Shown: one piece after another, positions 21,291 to 34,400 of the stretch
Numbering within the stretch: the stretch's first letter is position 1
How the letters are laid out: every line of letters starts with the position of its first letter
NCBI GenBank assembly: GCA_004431415.1
Contig: QPMI01000131.1
Coordinates: 9,983 to 73,982 of the forward strand
Source of the DNA: Cyanophora paradoxa CCMP329
Lineage: Eukaryota > Plantae > Glaucophyta
DNA length: 64,000 nucleotides
Reading direction: 5' to 3'
Made by a program: the position numbers and the translations under genes
Notes under the pieces: model-generated
Told to the model about the DNA's origin: nothing
Databases searched by the model: none
What the model saw: the letters and a program-made list of their open reading frames with translations, nothing else

Positions 21291-24217
21291 GGGGTGCAGG
21301 GGCCCGGCGGCACATGTGGCAGGCGAGGCGTGATGCAGCAGTGGCCCCGGCAGGTGGTTAGACCCTGTCCGTCGATCCAATCGGTAGACGTCGGAGTGGT
21401 CATGCTCGAGGGCCCCTGTAGTCGCGTGCGGCCGCAAGCGAGGAGGGCAGCAGTAGCTCCAAGAGCAAGGAAAAGGGGACTGGGTAGAAGGGGGATGAGG
21501 CCTAGGGGAAGGTGCAGGACGGGATGCGCAGCAGCAGGTTGGATGTGCCACAAGAGGGCGGCGATGATGGTGAGGAACTTGGGGGAGTTGTGTGGGTACG
21601 GGGCTTTCTTAAAGGGGCCACGGGGGGATATAGTGTCTAGAGCAGTTTGTAGGGTGTGGCCTGTTAAGGCGGAAACGGTCACTATCGAAATAAATTCTAG
21701 GGGCTCTGGAGGGTGACCGAGGAGGAGGAGGAAAGGCAGGGTAAACGGTGCAGCCAGCACAGCCGGGGCCAGGCCCGGGTCATCTGAGACATAAAGTGCA
21801 TGCAGGAGATCAGCCCCGAGCTGCCATATTGCACAGGAGAGCACATGCCATTCGGCCGCTAGGAAGGCCGGGAAAATAATAGAAAATTCAAGGAGACGGG
21901 GTGCGAGAAGGAGAGCGAAGTCGGCGAGGCGGGTCCAAGCAAACGCTGCCCGGCGGCGTGCCAAGGGGACAGGACCGGGGGGGGCGAGGGAGGTCGGGGG
22001 AGGGACAGGGCAGGTAAGGAGTTGAAGAAGAGCAGGGCCGGACGAGTCAAGAAACCGCCGGCGGCGCCGGGAGAGGAGTGCGAGCAGGAGGATCCCGGCA
22101 GCTGGCGGGGGGAGAGGCAGGGGGGTAGGGGGAGGCGGGAGCGGGGGGAGGGAGAAGGGTGGGAGGGGGGGAGCAGTTGCTCGGGGTGTCCTAGGAGGAG
22201 GGGCGGGGGGAGGGCTGGTCGAGGGGGCCGGGTACGAGGGATCAATGAGCCATAGTGGGGACACGGGAACCGCTGCAATAACGAAGCGGAGGGCGCCGAA
22301 AAGGTGAGGGGCAGTTGTAAGGGGGGGTAGGGCAAGGAAACAGTGAAGGGAGAGGATAAGGAGGGGGGCCCCGCGGTAAGGGCCTCCACATCGACGCCCT
22401 CGAGCTCGTCGCGAATGCTGGGCTTGCCGGCGGGCGCGGGTGAGGGGGGGACGGTGGGCGTTGGGAGCGGGATCGGGGGAGGCAAGATGGCGGAGGAAGC
22501 GGGCAGACAGCAGGAGGAGAAGCAGCGAGGGGAGGGCGAGGAAGGCGGGGGAGAGCTGAAGATAAGACGGGGGCCTGATAGAAGGAGGGAAGAAAGAGGC
22601 GGGAGAGGCGGGGAGAGGGGGCGGTGCCCTAGGGGTAGTCCACAAGGGGAGGGGGGGGGGGTCAGGGGGGCCGAGAGAGGAGGTGATTCCGCAAAGGCCA
22701 CGGCTGAGAAGGTCCAAGGGGGAGAAAGGATGGTTCTATGTAAGAGCCGGGCAATCAGGGGGTGCAGGGGGGGGTACTCTGAGAGGCGGGGGGTAACTGG
22801 AAGAGAAGTGAGAAAGGGAGTAGTGAGAGAGCGAGGAGAAAGGAAAGAAGAAAAAGGAGAGAGAGGGCGGAGAGGGCGAGGAGCTCGGGGTTGTGATATG
22901 GGGCAGGAGAGGACACGAGTCATGTAGGAAGGCATGAAGGGGGGAAGTGGAGGCCGTACAGGAGGGAGGGGGGTGAGGGGCTGACGTTAATGGGCTTCGG
23001 CGCGGCTCCGGGGCGGGCTGGGGGCGGGGCTCTCGGGCTGGGCGGCGGCGGTTGGCGCGGCCCTTGAGGCGTCGGGCGAGGAGGGGCGGGCGGGGTCGGG
23101 GAAGAGAGCGGCCGGACGAGAGCGCGAAGCGGACCGTGAGGCGGAAACCCCGGGGCGGGGCAGGAGAGCCGGCGAGGGAGCTGGCCTGCGGAGCCATCGG
23201 ACGAGTCCTTACAGCTTCTGGGGGCGGTAAAGAGGGCCAGCTGTTCCGCAGGGCGAGAGCGGCTGCAGCGTTACGACGTGCCCGCGCCGTCGAGAAGGGA
23301 GGGCGCGCGGGCAGGGGCGTCAGCGGGCGCTGGGTACGGGGGCGTACACGAGTGGACTTTGCAGGACGGAGGCCAGGTAGGGGGAGGTCGGGGTGGGAGG
23401 GCGGCGCAGCAGAAACCTGCAGCTCAGCCGGTAGGGGTGGGGGGGCGGGGGAGCTGAAGAAACGACGGAGGCGACGCGGATGATTCTTCCGCGAGGTCCG
23501 GGGCCAGCGAGGCGAGGGCCGGCTCTGATAGGGAGAGAAGGGCGAGCGCGGGAGCCAAGGAGGTGCACCGGCACGGGCCGGGCGGGGGTCGGGGCAGGAG
23601 TGGGGGCGGGAGCGGCGGAGGCGTCGGCGGGTGGATCTCGGCAGGGGCCGCCAGGGCCGGCGGCGGCGGCGGCGCGTGGGGCCTAGCAGCGGGGCGGGGT
23701 GGCGAGGGGGGCGGAGTAGGCGCGGCGATCGGGGGCCCCGGTGGAGGCCCCGAGGTCCAGTGTCGACTTCGCGGGGTGCGGACTCGGCAGCATCGTCTAG
23801 GCGCCGGCGCCGTCGGACCCAGCACCCCAAGCCGATTCCCACGGACAGGCTAAGCGCCGTGAGTATCGCCAGGGCGGCCCAGCTGGGACTAGATAGGGGC
23901 CCGAGGATCTCAGCGGCGCAGCCGGAGGGAAAGAGAGCCCAGGCGGGGGGGTCAGCTAGGGGCCCGAGGACCGGAGCGAAGCTGGCCGCCGTCGGGAGGA
24001 GGGCGAGGAAAAGAAGGGAAAACAGACCGGGGGTGGAAAGGCCAGGTCGGGGGCCCGGGTTTCTGCGGTGGTAAAGCGACATCAGAGAGTCGGGGTGCGG
24101 CGGCGGGCGGCGAGCAGGCGGGCGGAGGCGCGCGCGCTGCGGAGAGCGAACAGCAGGGGTGCATCTTACCCCGGTGAGCCTTTCGGCCCCGGGGGATTGA
24201 CGCGCGGATTGCCTATC

Positions 24218-24403
24218 CACGGAGAGCCGGACCGCGCGACGGCGGCGTGTGGCCCCATGGCATCGGCGCAACGGAGGGGACCGGACGGATAGCCAAACCG
24301 CGCGACGACGGTGTAAGGCCCCGTTACATCGATCCGTGTGTGAATTGGGGAGGGGCTTATTCACGGATAGCCAAACCGCGCGACGGCGGTGTAAGGCCCC
24401 ATG
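24218..24403. repeat. Three diverged ~40-bp direct repeats
   Basis: ACGGATAGCCAAACCGCGCGACG(A/G)CGGTGTAAGGCCCC-like units at ~24218, 24285 and 24362. Confidence 0.8.
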
Positions 24404-25831
24404 ACTTCGGCCAGAGGACGGCATGCCTTTAGCGTCGGCAGCGAACGCGGATGGCACGTCGTTCGAACGTCGGCCGCCCGCGCCCGCCACGCAGTGAAAG
24501 AGTGGGGATTTGGGAACTGCGGGGCGGGCGTGAGGCCCGGGCGGGTGGCGCGAACGACGCGCGAGGCGGGGTGATGTCCCTTCGCAAGGGCGCATCGCAC
24601 GGGGGCTTCTGCAGGGAGAAGGAGCATGTTCAGGATGCCGCCGCCCGGCTCGAGTTCCGTCGCGGGCGGCGTGTGTTGTTCGGTGGTCGCGCGGCCCTGG
24701 AATGGGCGCGGCGCCACATCGTTCGACTCCCTCTGCACCGCCGAGCTGCGACGCCGCTAGGCTTGCGCCTTGTTGTTGGCGGTGCGTCGCGAGCCGTGAT
24801 TTTGGCTCCGGTGTGCTCGGGCGGTGTCCTCCGGCTCCGTTTGGTGCCGGGAGGCTGCTTATGCTGCTGGACGATGCGCTAGCATCGCCAGTTTCCCGTA
24901 CGCGCAGGCCTTCGCGATGGCCTGGGTACATCGTTTTTTCCAAGAGGCTTGTGATTATCATTAAGCGTTCGCATAAGCCATGAGCATCACAACTTTGTGG
25001 GCCATAAGTGCCACCTGGATGACTCCAACCTGGTGCGAGCCCCAGCCAATCCCCAACAGCCTGACCTCTTTTCGCCCCAGGTCACATCAGGCTGCTGTCG
25101 AGTCGACGAGTTCCTGGCCAACAACGGCCATCTCGTGTGTCGCTATCGCGCGCTGGGTGCTCAGATCTAATCATTTGGTATCGCAGGTGTGGAGGAAATC
25201 ATCTCTTGGTCCTCAGGTGTGTCTCCCAATTTTCAATTGCTGTTCCGCAGGTTGGCGCATTCATCCAGAGGTGTGCATGCTTGACAAGTCTTGAAGCATC
25301 CAAGAACAAGCTGTGTACTAGCATGTGTCCATATGTGTGTGCTTTGCATGCTGTGATGTGCCTTCATTCAAGCACTTCGAGCATCCACCACAAGTGTGAA
25401 ATTCAGGTGTTGTGATAAGCTCATACCTGTGACACGCTCACTATTAAAAACTTCATGATCAGACTTGGCTTAGAAGTGCTTAGCAGCAAGGCTGCTTGTG
25501 GCAGGCATACTACTGAATATGCGAGCGAACGCGTAGCATATGACTTTGTATGCCTGCCACTCTGTAAGCAGCCTTGATTCTATATTATGATTGCTAGGGG
25601 TACAACCTTCAGTCTTCTTTCGCGCGAAGCAGTGAAGATTCCTCACGTTCGCGTGTCACAGCAACCCTCAAACACACCAGCTCCAGCTCCAACTCAGCTC
25701 CAGCTGCAGCTCGAGCCAGATTCAACTGCAGCTCAGCCTGTCAGCTTGTGTCGTTGATAAGATGTGGCGACTAGTTTAAGACCTCACGCCCACTACCGTG
25801 CGCTTGTGACTCTTAGCCTCCAGGTTCTTTT

Positions 25832-27433
25832 GTGGCGTCCTGCATCCGCGAGGCCTGGTCCCAGTGGAAAGAGATTGGTGCCAACTATGTGGTGTTGTCG
25901 TGGATACGTGAGGGTTTCCCGTTGACTGGAGCCCGCAATCTGTCTCCGGAGCATCGGCACAATCACAAGTCTGCAGCTGAAGATCACAGTGACTTCGTGA
26001 GAACGGAAATTCAGAAACTCCTGCGCACCGGGGCCATCCGTGAAGTCCAACAGCACGAGGTGAACATTGTGTGCTCGTTGTCCGTGGTCCCAAAGAAGAC
26101 TGGTTCCAAGCTTCGTTTGATCTGGGACGGTCGACCCACTAATCAAGGTCTCCCGGATCGGAAATTTCGATATGAGACCCTCGAACATGTGGCAGCAATG
26201 CTTCGTCACGGGTGGTACATGTTCACCATCGACCTAGAGTCCGGCTATCATCATGTGCCTGTGGCGGAGCAAGATTGGCGCAACATGGGCTTCTCCTTTG
26301 ACCGCAAGTACTACGTTTATACAGTTTTACCCTTTGGGCTTAAGCACTCGCCATTTGCATTCGTCAAAATTATGCGGCAAGTGGTCAACTATTTCAGGAA
26401 ACTGGGCATCTTTGTTGTCAACTATGTGGACGATTGGTGGTTTGCAGCTCCTACTTTCTTAGAGGCATGCAAGCTTCGAGACTTCGTGCTGGCCACATTT
26501 AAAAGGCTTAAGTTGGTGGTCAACAGCAAGTCAGCACTTACCCCATCTCAGTCCGTTGCTTTCTTGGGCTTCATTGTCGACTCGGCTCGCATGTTGTTTG
26601 AGGTTCCTGGTGACAAGCTGAGCAGACTGCTTCACCTGATCCGCAAGCTCCTACGCAAGCAGTCAGCGTCCGCCCGTGACATGGCAAAGGTGGCAGGCAC
26701 ATTGGTGTCCATGGCTCGAGGGCTGGCTCCAGCGCGCATCCGGACGCGCGCTCTGTTCCGATACATCAATGTGGCGGCCCGGGAGTGGCACTGGAACCAT
26801 CCTGTGCAGATTACTGATGAGACTCGGTCTGAGCTCCAGTGGTGGCTGGCCAACATACACAAGTACAACGGGCGCTGTCCGATTCGTCCTGAGCGGCTGC
26901 TTGTGCTCACCACTGATGCTAGTCATCTTGGCGCTGGAGCGTGGATTACCACTCGGATTGGTGATGTCCCTCCTGTGCTCTGTGCTCCTGGCCCGCCTCC
27001 ATTCCAGTGCCTGTGGAATAGTGAGGAATCTCAGCGAATTTCTTCTTGGAGGGAGTTACAAGCTGTGCTACGGGCTATGCAACATTATCAGTCTGTGCTT
27101 CAGAATCAGAACATCTTGGTTCGATCGGACAACTCTGTGACGGTTGCTTATATCAACAATGGTGGCGGTCGCCATGCTTATTTGACGGAGATCGCTCGTC
27201 AGATTTGGGACATTGCTTTAACAGGTTGTGTTAGCATTGAGGCCGAGCATATTCCAGGTGTAGACAATGAGTGGTCCGATGCTCTTAGCAGATATTTCTT
27301 TCCAGCAGACTACTCCCTTAAGCCGTTGTATTTCGCTATGGTCAGTCGCATCCTAGGCCCCTTTGATGTGGACAGGATGGCCACTGCTGCCAATGCCCAC
27401 CTTTCTCGATATTACATCGGCCCCGCGCAGTAG
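25832..27433 (+). mobile_element. DIRS-like (tyrosine-recombinase retrotransposon) pol fragment: RT, RNase H and the start of a methyltransferase-like domain
   Basis: RT motifs LRLIWDGR, IDLESGYHH, LPFGL and YVDD. RNase H motifs TDAS, RELQAV, SDN and HIPGVDNEWSDALSR. Then GPFDVDRMATAANA, truncated. No gag or recombinase nearby. Confidence 0.85.
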
Positions 27434-28513
27434 AGAGCAGCTTTTTACAGCCAGCAGGCGTAATTGCAAGCAGAGGTTTCGCCGTTCAGTGCAATTGCAA
27501 GGTTTCTCGACCGTCGCCAGCCTGAATCTTAATGAGACTTGCCACCTGAGCAGATTTTTTCAGGTTCTTTTTCAGGCTGGTCGGTTTTATGCAGTTGCAA
27601 TGGGTTGGTCTAGTCCAGTGTGTGCCATCGAGGCGCCTCAATATTTGAATACCTTGCGATGCTTTCCTCACGATCGTTCTCTTCTCTTCTTCAAGGCTTC
27701 TTGCAATCAGCTTTTTTCGATCTTTAGGGCTTCTTGGGATCTTACAGCGCTCAACTCTTCCGAAATTCGGAGGTTGATTGCTGGGCTTGCCAGTCACATC
27801 GTTATATCCATGATTCGCGATGTACAGATCTAGATCTAGAGCACCGGTACCGCCGGCGCGGCCGGCTCAGCGGCAAGCGCTATTCCTGCAGTTCTCCATC
27901 TCATGATCATGATCCGTTTCCACCTCGGGCCTGTTCGCTTGCGCAAGTTGCATTCTTGCGCCTCCGCCGGGCCGTCCCCCCGTTTACGGCCGTACCTCCA
28001 TGAACCCCAAGCCCCCGTGGGCCGCGCGAGGGTGAGGGGCCGATGTTTGTTTTGCAAAAACGACGATATATTGACGTTCGCGGCACAACCACATCATCGG
28101 CGGCCACCGCGGCCATGATGATCACTTATGATCACTAACAAGAGAGAACAAGAGAAGAAATGGAGGGAAGATTAATTCTAACAAGTAGCCTCATGATTAC
28201 TAACAATTAGAGAATACCAAGACAGCTGGCCAAGAAATGGAGGGAAGATTCGAGGCAGAATCGCTTCGAATTCGGAGGGGGGGAGAGGGCCGGGGGAGAG
28301 GGGGTCGATTATCGATCCAGAGCCTGATCTCTCCTCTAATTTATAAGAAGCAAGAGGAAGCGAGGCGGCGCGGAAATTGGCCGCCGGGTGCCTAGGCCTC
28401 AGCGCGGAAAGCATCTCTATCAATGAATATCTCTGATGTGCAGGTGCGTGCATCGAATGCCGCCCGAGCTTCGACGAGTGCACATTTTGAAATTCTTCCT
28501 GGAGCAGCGCGCG

Positions 28514-31308
28514 ATGTCAAAATCGACCCGCCGCGTCCACGTCCGGCCGCGGGGCGCGAATGTACATGGGGCCGCGGATGCATTGCCGAATGAGCGCGGG
28601 GTGAACGTCAGCTGCAGAGCGAGCGATCGTGACGACCGCGTCTCCGTCGCGAGCTCGAGCCCGACAGACATTCTGAGCCAAAACGACGCGGCGCGTATGC
28701 GCATGCTTCGCCAGGTGCACGCCGCGGCGCGCATGCGCATGCTTCGCTAGGATTTTGCCTTTCAGAAAAAGAAGCGTGTGCATGTTGACTATTTAATTGT
28801 AACGAATATTTCGCCCTTGTGAAACCAGCCGGCGATTGTGGATATTTCAGTGGCGCGGGAGAACTTCATCATGAATCGCGAGGGCGGCGTCGACCTCGTG
28901 GTCCACCGCCGCCATCCGGACGGCTCTGTGAAAAAGACGAACATGTCCTCCCGCGAGGTGGAAAAGGTGCCCGCGACCAAAGCGGCGCGCCCGAGGTCGC
29001 TGATTCCGTCCGATATATTTTCTGAGGCCTCCGGTCCACCTGCACACATGCGCAGGAGGATCGGCACAAGCTGATTGAGTTCTACGAGTCTACCCTCCTC
29101 GCGGTCTTCAAGCAGCGTCAGATGCAAACAATTGTCAGCAAAGTTTTCAGAATGCTCGGGCTGCAGGCCAGCTGGCCCCTGCGCGGCGTATCCAGGTCCG
29201 CGCCCGTCCATGGCCAAATTCTAATTCATTCATTATACAAATCCGCGAAGCACGATCACGCCTTTATCGAACTTCGGACGTCGACGTTCAATCGCATATG
29301 CACGCGCAGGTGGTTTCGGCGGCTGATTGAGGAGATGGAATGGGCGCCGGCAAGCCTGGAGCTGGGGCTCGACTTTGAGAATGATAACGCGTGCGATACA
29401 CTCGTTTCTCTCATCGAGGAGGGAAAGCTACGGCTCGGCAGCGGCGCCAGCGTCTCCATCAGGCTGAAGTACGCCACTGATTGCACGGTCGAGGACATTT
29501 GCAGCCTCCTCGCAGCGATCTCGCATCCGCGAAAGGTCGATATCGAGCTGCTCTCAGGATCGCTCGACGTCGACGACGACATCGACGAGGATTTTCTTCG
29601 CGACCTGGTGCTCGGAGTGCTGCGGGCGCTCCAACCGAAGGAAGGAGCTGCTGGTCGGCTAGAGAATCTCAGCTTCTGTCTGGACCCTAGCAGCTATGAA
29701 GGAGAGTGGACGAACTGGCCGTCCGCCTCGGCCGACGAGCTGCGGGAGGCCCTCGCCCCCTTCGGCGCGCTCCGCTCCCTCGGCATCTTCTTCGAACAAG
29801 TCGGCGCCGCAGCGGTCATCGTAGCGGCCTGCCCCAACCTCCGCAGCATCCGCCTCCAGGCTAAATCATCGGACGGGCCAGACGAAACCGGCGAAGATTG
29901 GGACGAGCTGCAATACGGCGGGTCGGATATTCTGGCGGCCCTGGCGCCGCTGGCGTGCCTGGAGCACGTAACGCTCGAGTACCCCGACCGCGACATCGAC
30001 GACGTCGACGCCAATACTGACACCAGAATTCCCAACGAGGGCCTTCGGGAGCTCGCGCGCGGCCCCGCTGGGCGGACTCTCAAGAGCATCCATTTCGCGA
30101 AGGAAGCGTGGCTGATCGACTGGTGCGTTTCTTCTGACCATGATGGAATTATAATCAGCAATAATACGTCTTAAACGGTGATACTTGGGTACCTGTGCAG
30201 TGACGGACATACATTTTCTACGCTGACACTTATGCCGAATCTTGAATCCATCGGGAAACTCCAACTGACGGTGCCCCGCGTTTAATCTCTGAATTGTACT
30301 TGCCCCCACGCCAGTTAACGTCGTTTCCGCGGTGCCTGCAGGGTTTCAATAGAATCGCTCCAAAGAAGATCCTGGCCCTTGGACGCGTCACTCTTCTACG
30401 GGAGATCGACATCGGCTTGGAGATCGACGGCGGCTCGCGGCCGCCTCGCCAGCAGCTGCGTGCCCTCGCGAAGGCACTCTCCAGTCTAACCGATTTGGAG
30501 AGCCTGAGACTGGATCTCCACGGTACGTAATTATAAGCGCTAGCGCGAGGTCGATTGTAATTTATTTAATTACGAATCGTGCGCCTATCGCTTTTTTCAT
30601 CTCAGGGCTGCCAGCCACATTCTCGAACGATGTTGTGGGCCTTCTCAAGAGCTCTGAAGTGCAGGAAGCCCTCACCCACCTGGCGGTTTGCATCGAAGCA
30701 AAGGCCCTGAGAAATTTTGCAGCGGCCATCTCCCACTCTCTTCTCTTCTCGCTCGAACTGGACGTGACGACCAAGAGTGAGCCACTTGCCGAGCCCTGAG
30801 ATGTACATATTTCGAATTCTCAGTTGGCACCGATATCGCTCACCTGCGGCCGGCGCCGGCGCCGTCCCCGTTTTTGCAGGCCTTGCCGCAGACCCAGCGA
30901 AAATTGTCGAATTTCTTGAAAGCGATGCAGCGTTTGCGGGCTCCACGCATTTCCGCCTTCAACTGTACCGCCCGCTCTCGGAGGCGGAGGCCGAGGCGAT
31001 CGTGTCGCTTCCGGGTCTCACGCACCTCGAGATCGTCATCTTGAGCGACCGGGAGCCGCAGCGGGTACTCCCGTACCAGGTCTGAGCTCGATCACCTCGA
31101 GGCTGCCGCCGCGAAGCTCGTAATTACGGCTGCTGACCCACTGTCTCAGATCCTGGAGGAAGGCCTCGAATTCTCCGACGTCGAATTCAGGCTTCGCGGC
31201 TACGTTACCGAGAGCATCGGGGGCATCTTCGAGAGACGCCCGCGGCCGTCGACCGTGATTTGCCCATGCATAATTGGGGACGGACCTCCTCGCCCTCTCT
31301 CCACTTAG
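28514..31308 (+). CDS. F-box-like / LRR (RNI-like) protein, paralog 1 (multi-exon, approximate)
   Basis: IVSKVFRMLGLQASWPLRGVSR|RWFRRLI is F-box-like. LRR-like LRSLGI, CPNLRSIRL and LESLRL. Exons are collinear with paralogs 2 and 3. Confidence 0.65.
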
Positions 31309-31481
31309 GGGTATCCGGAGGTCAACATCCAAATCGTGTGCCTCCGGCCGCGGGCCCGATATCAATCACAAGCTCGAGGCTCCGGGATATCGATCAGCCG
31401 TCGCGGCTGGCTGCAGCTGCAGCGCTAGCTCAGCGGCTGGCCGTGTTCTGAGTTCGTTTCCGGATCAGCCGTCGATGTCGC

Positions 31482-34400
31482 GGCTGGCTGCAGCTGCAGC
31501 TGCAGCCTGCAGCTGGCCGTGTTCATGGACGTGCACGTGCGCATGCGCTCTAGATCTTGTGTCGCAGTTTCGATCATATGAGGTCATCCAAAAACTCGCA
31601 ATCCACAAGAAATTCGATTTTCCTATCGATATCATGGCAATGCCAGATATATACTTGCGCTCGCCCACCGCTCGTCTCAGGATGTGCAAGGTGGGGTCTA
31701 AATAATAGAGACAGCATCTAGCTATAGATCTGCAGCTAACGCTCGATCTCACTGCCGCGCTAGCGAATTCGAAACCGAAATGAAAAGAACGCGCACAACT
31801 CGTCTCAGGATGTGCAAGGTGGGGTCTAAATAATAGAGACAGCATCTAGATCTAGATCTACAGCTAACGCTCGATCTCACAGCCGCGCTAGCGAATTCGA
31901 AACCGAAATGAAAAGAACGCGCACAACAAATTAAAAAGCCTTGCGCGCTGCGCCGCCGCCCCCGCGCCTTCGCACCGCCCTCCAGCCTCCGAGCCCTGCC
32001 GCCCGGCGGCCGCCCGCCGCGGCGCCGCGCCTCCCGGAGTCCGGCCCGTCCCGCCAAGCCGCGCCGCCGCCACCCTGGTAGGCGAGCTGCGCCGCCGCCC
32101 GCCGCGCCTCCGGATCCGCCCCGCGCCGCCGCCAGCCGCGTCCAGGACTCCGCCCCGGCCCGCAGCCGCCTGGTGTGCCACGGTGCCTTCGGATCCGCCC
32201 GGCCCCGCCGGCCTAGTCGAGCAGCTGCAGCCACTCGCTGCGCCGAGCGCACGCGTACGCTGCCCGGCGGCCGCAGTACTAGCCTAGTAGTGCGCCGGCG
32301 CGCGGCGCCGGCGGCTGCGCGCGGGCTGCGCTGCGCTGCGCGGCCGGGAGCTCGAGACTGCATCCAATATCGAGCTCGAGGGAGATCTAGACCATATATA
32401 TATAGGGAAGTTCGAGGGAATAATATTCCGGCCATATCCGGCCGGTAGTGATTGATCGTGATCATGCATATGAGGCGAGATCGATCTATATATATAGCTA
32501 GATCTGGCCGGAGAGCACAAATATACATATCGAGCTAGAGAATTGCTTGCAATTGGATCGGAGATCCCTAGAGGGCGCCGGAATTAATATTCTGACGGAA
32601 GCGTAAGAGCTGCAGGAGACGGGACGTCGATCGCGGCGCCGGCCGTGCCGCGCGTTAATCGCAGGCTCCGGATCCTGTTGTCCGATCTGCCGCTGCTATC
32701 GCGAGCTCAAGTTCAAGGTACGCAAGCATGCATATGCGCATATACGCGCGCCATGCGCATCATTTGAATTCGCAGACCCCAATCGCAATCGCGCGATGTC
32801 GCAATCTGGACGTGTCGAAGTTTCGCGAGAGGACGGTGGCGAAGGGCTTGCCTCCGCCGCGCCGGCGCGCCAGACAGACATTCTGAGCCACAAAGACCAG
32901 GTGCGCAGGCATGTCGTGGCGCGTATGCCGCGCCAGAATTTCGCCCTTTTGCCTTTTGTATGCCGTGGCTGGCTGCAGCTGCAGCTGCAGCCTGCAGCTG
33001 GCCGTGTTCATGGACGTGCACGTGCGCATGCGCTCTAGATCTTGTGTCGCAGTTTCGATCATATGAGGTCATCCAAAAACTCGCAATCCACAAGAAATTC
33101 GATTTTCCTATCGATATCATGGCAATGCCAGATATATACTTGCGCTCGCCCACCGCTCGTCTCAGGATGTGCAAGGTGGGGTCTAAATAATAGAGACAGC
33201 ATCTAGCTATAGATCTGCAGCTAACGCTCGATCTCACTGCCGCGCTAGCGAATTCGAAACCGAAATGAAAAGAACGCGCACAACTCGTCTCAGGATGTGC
33301 AAGGTGGGGTCTAAATAATAGAGACAGCATCTAGATCTAGATCTACAGCTAACGCTCGATCTCACAGCCGCGCTAGCGAATTCGAAACCGAAATGAAAAG
33401 AACGCGCACAACAAATTAAAAAGCCTTGCGCGCTGCGCCGCCGCCCCCGCGCCTTCGCACCGCCCTCCAGCCTCCGAGCCCTGCCGCCCGGCGGCCGCCC
33501 GCCGCGGCGCCGCGCCTCCCGGAGTCCGGCCCGTCCCGCCAAGCCGCGCCGCCGCCACCCTGGTAGGCGAGCTGCGCCGCCGCCCGCCGCGCCTCCGGAT
33601 CCGCCCCGCGCCGCCGCCAGCCGCGTCCAGGACTCCGCCCCGGCCCGCAGCCGCCTGGTGTGCCACGGTGCCTTCGGATCCGCCCGGCCCCGCCGGCCTA
33701 GTCGAGCAGCTGCAGCCACTCGCTGCGCCGAGCGCACGCGTACGCTGCCCGGCGGCCGCAGTACTAGCCTAGTAGTGCGCCGGCGCGCGGCGCCGGCGGC
33801 TGCGCGCGGGCTGCGCTGCGCTGCGCGGCCGGGAGCTCGAGACTGCATCCAATATCGAGCTCGAGGGAGATCTAGACCATATATATATAGGGAAGTTCGA
33901 GGGAATAATATTCCGGCCATATCCGGCCGGTAGTGATTGATCGTGATCATGCATATGAGGCGAGATCGATCTATATATATAGCTAGATCTGGCCGGAGAG
34001 CACAAATATACATATCGAGCTAGAGAATTGCTTGCAATTGGATCGGAGATCCCTAGAGGGCGCCGGAATTAATATTCTGACGGAAGCGTAAGAGCTGCAG
34101 GAGACGGGACGTCGATCGCGGCGCCGGCCGTGCCGCGCGTTAATCGCAGGCTCCGGATCCTGTTGTCCGATCTGCCGCTGCTATCGCGAGCTCAAGTTCA
34201 AGGTACGCAAGCATGCATATGCGCATATACGCGCGCCATGCGCATCATTTGAATTCGCAGACCCCAATCGCAATCGCGCGATGTCGCAATCTGGACGTGT
34301 CGAAGTTTCGCGAGAGGACGGTGGCGAAGGGCTTGCCTCCGCCGCGCCGGCGCGCCAGACAGACATTCTGAGCCACAAAGACCAGGTGCGCAGGCATGTC

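Larger units (their letters stand above)
13318..24400 (-). mobile_element. Non-LTR retrotransposon (LINE, APE-type), 3'-truncated at the viral junction; 5' limit approximate
   Basis: APE and RT domains on the minus strand. A C-rich sense strand continues to ~24.1 kb. No poly(A) or 3' UTR at 13318. Confidence 0.75.

Noticed and set aside
24218-24403. Mini CRISPR array
   Set aside because: Only three diverged repeats with unequal spacers, in a eukaryotic TE context with no cas genes.
27829-27870. Second Helitron-like end (hairpin near TCTAG)
   Set aside because: CTAG words and GC hairpins are common here, and the flanking base does not fit the A/T insertion rule.
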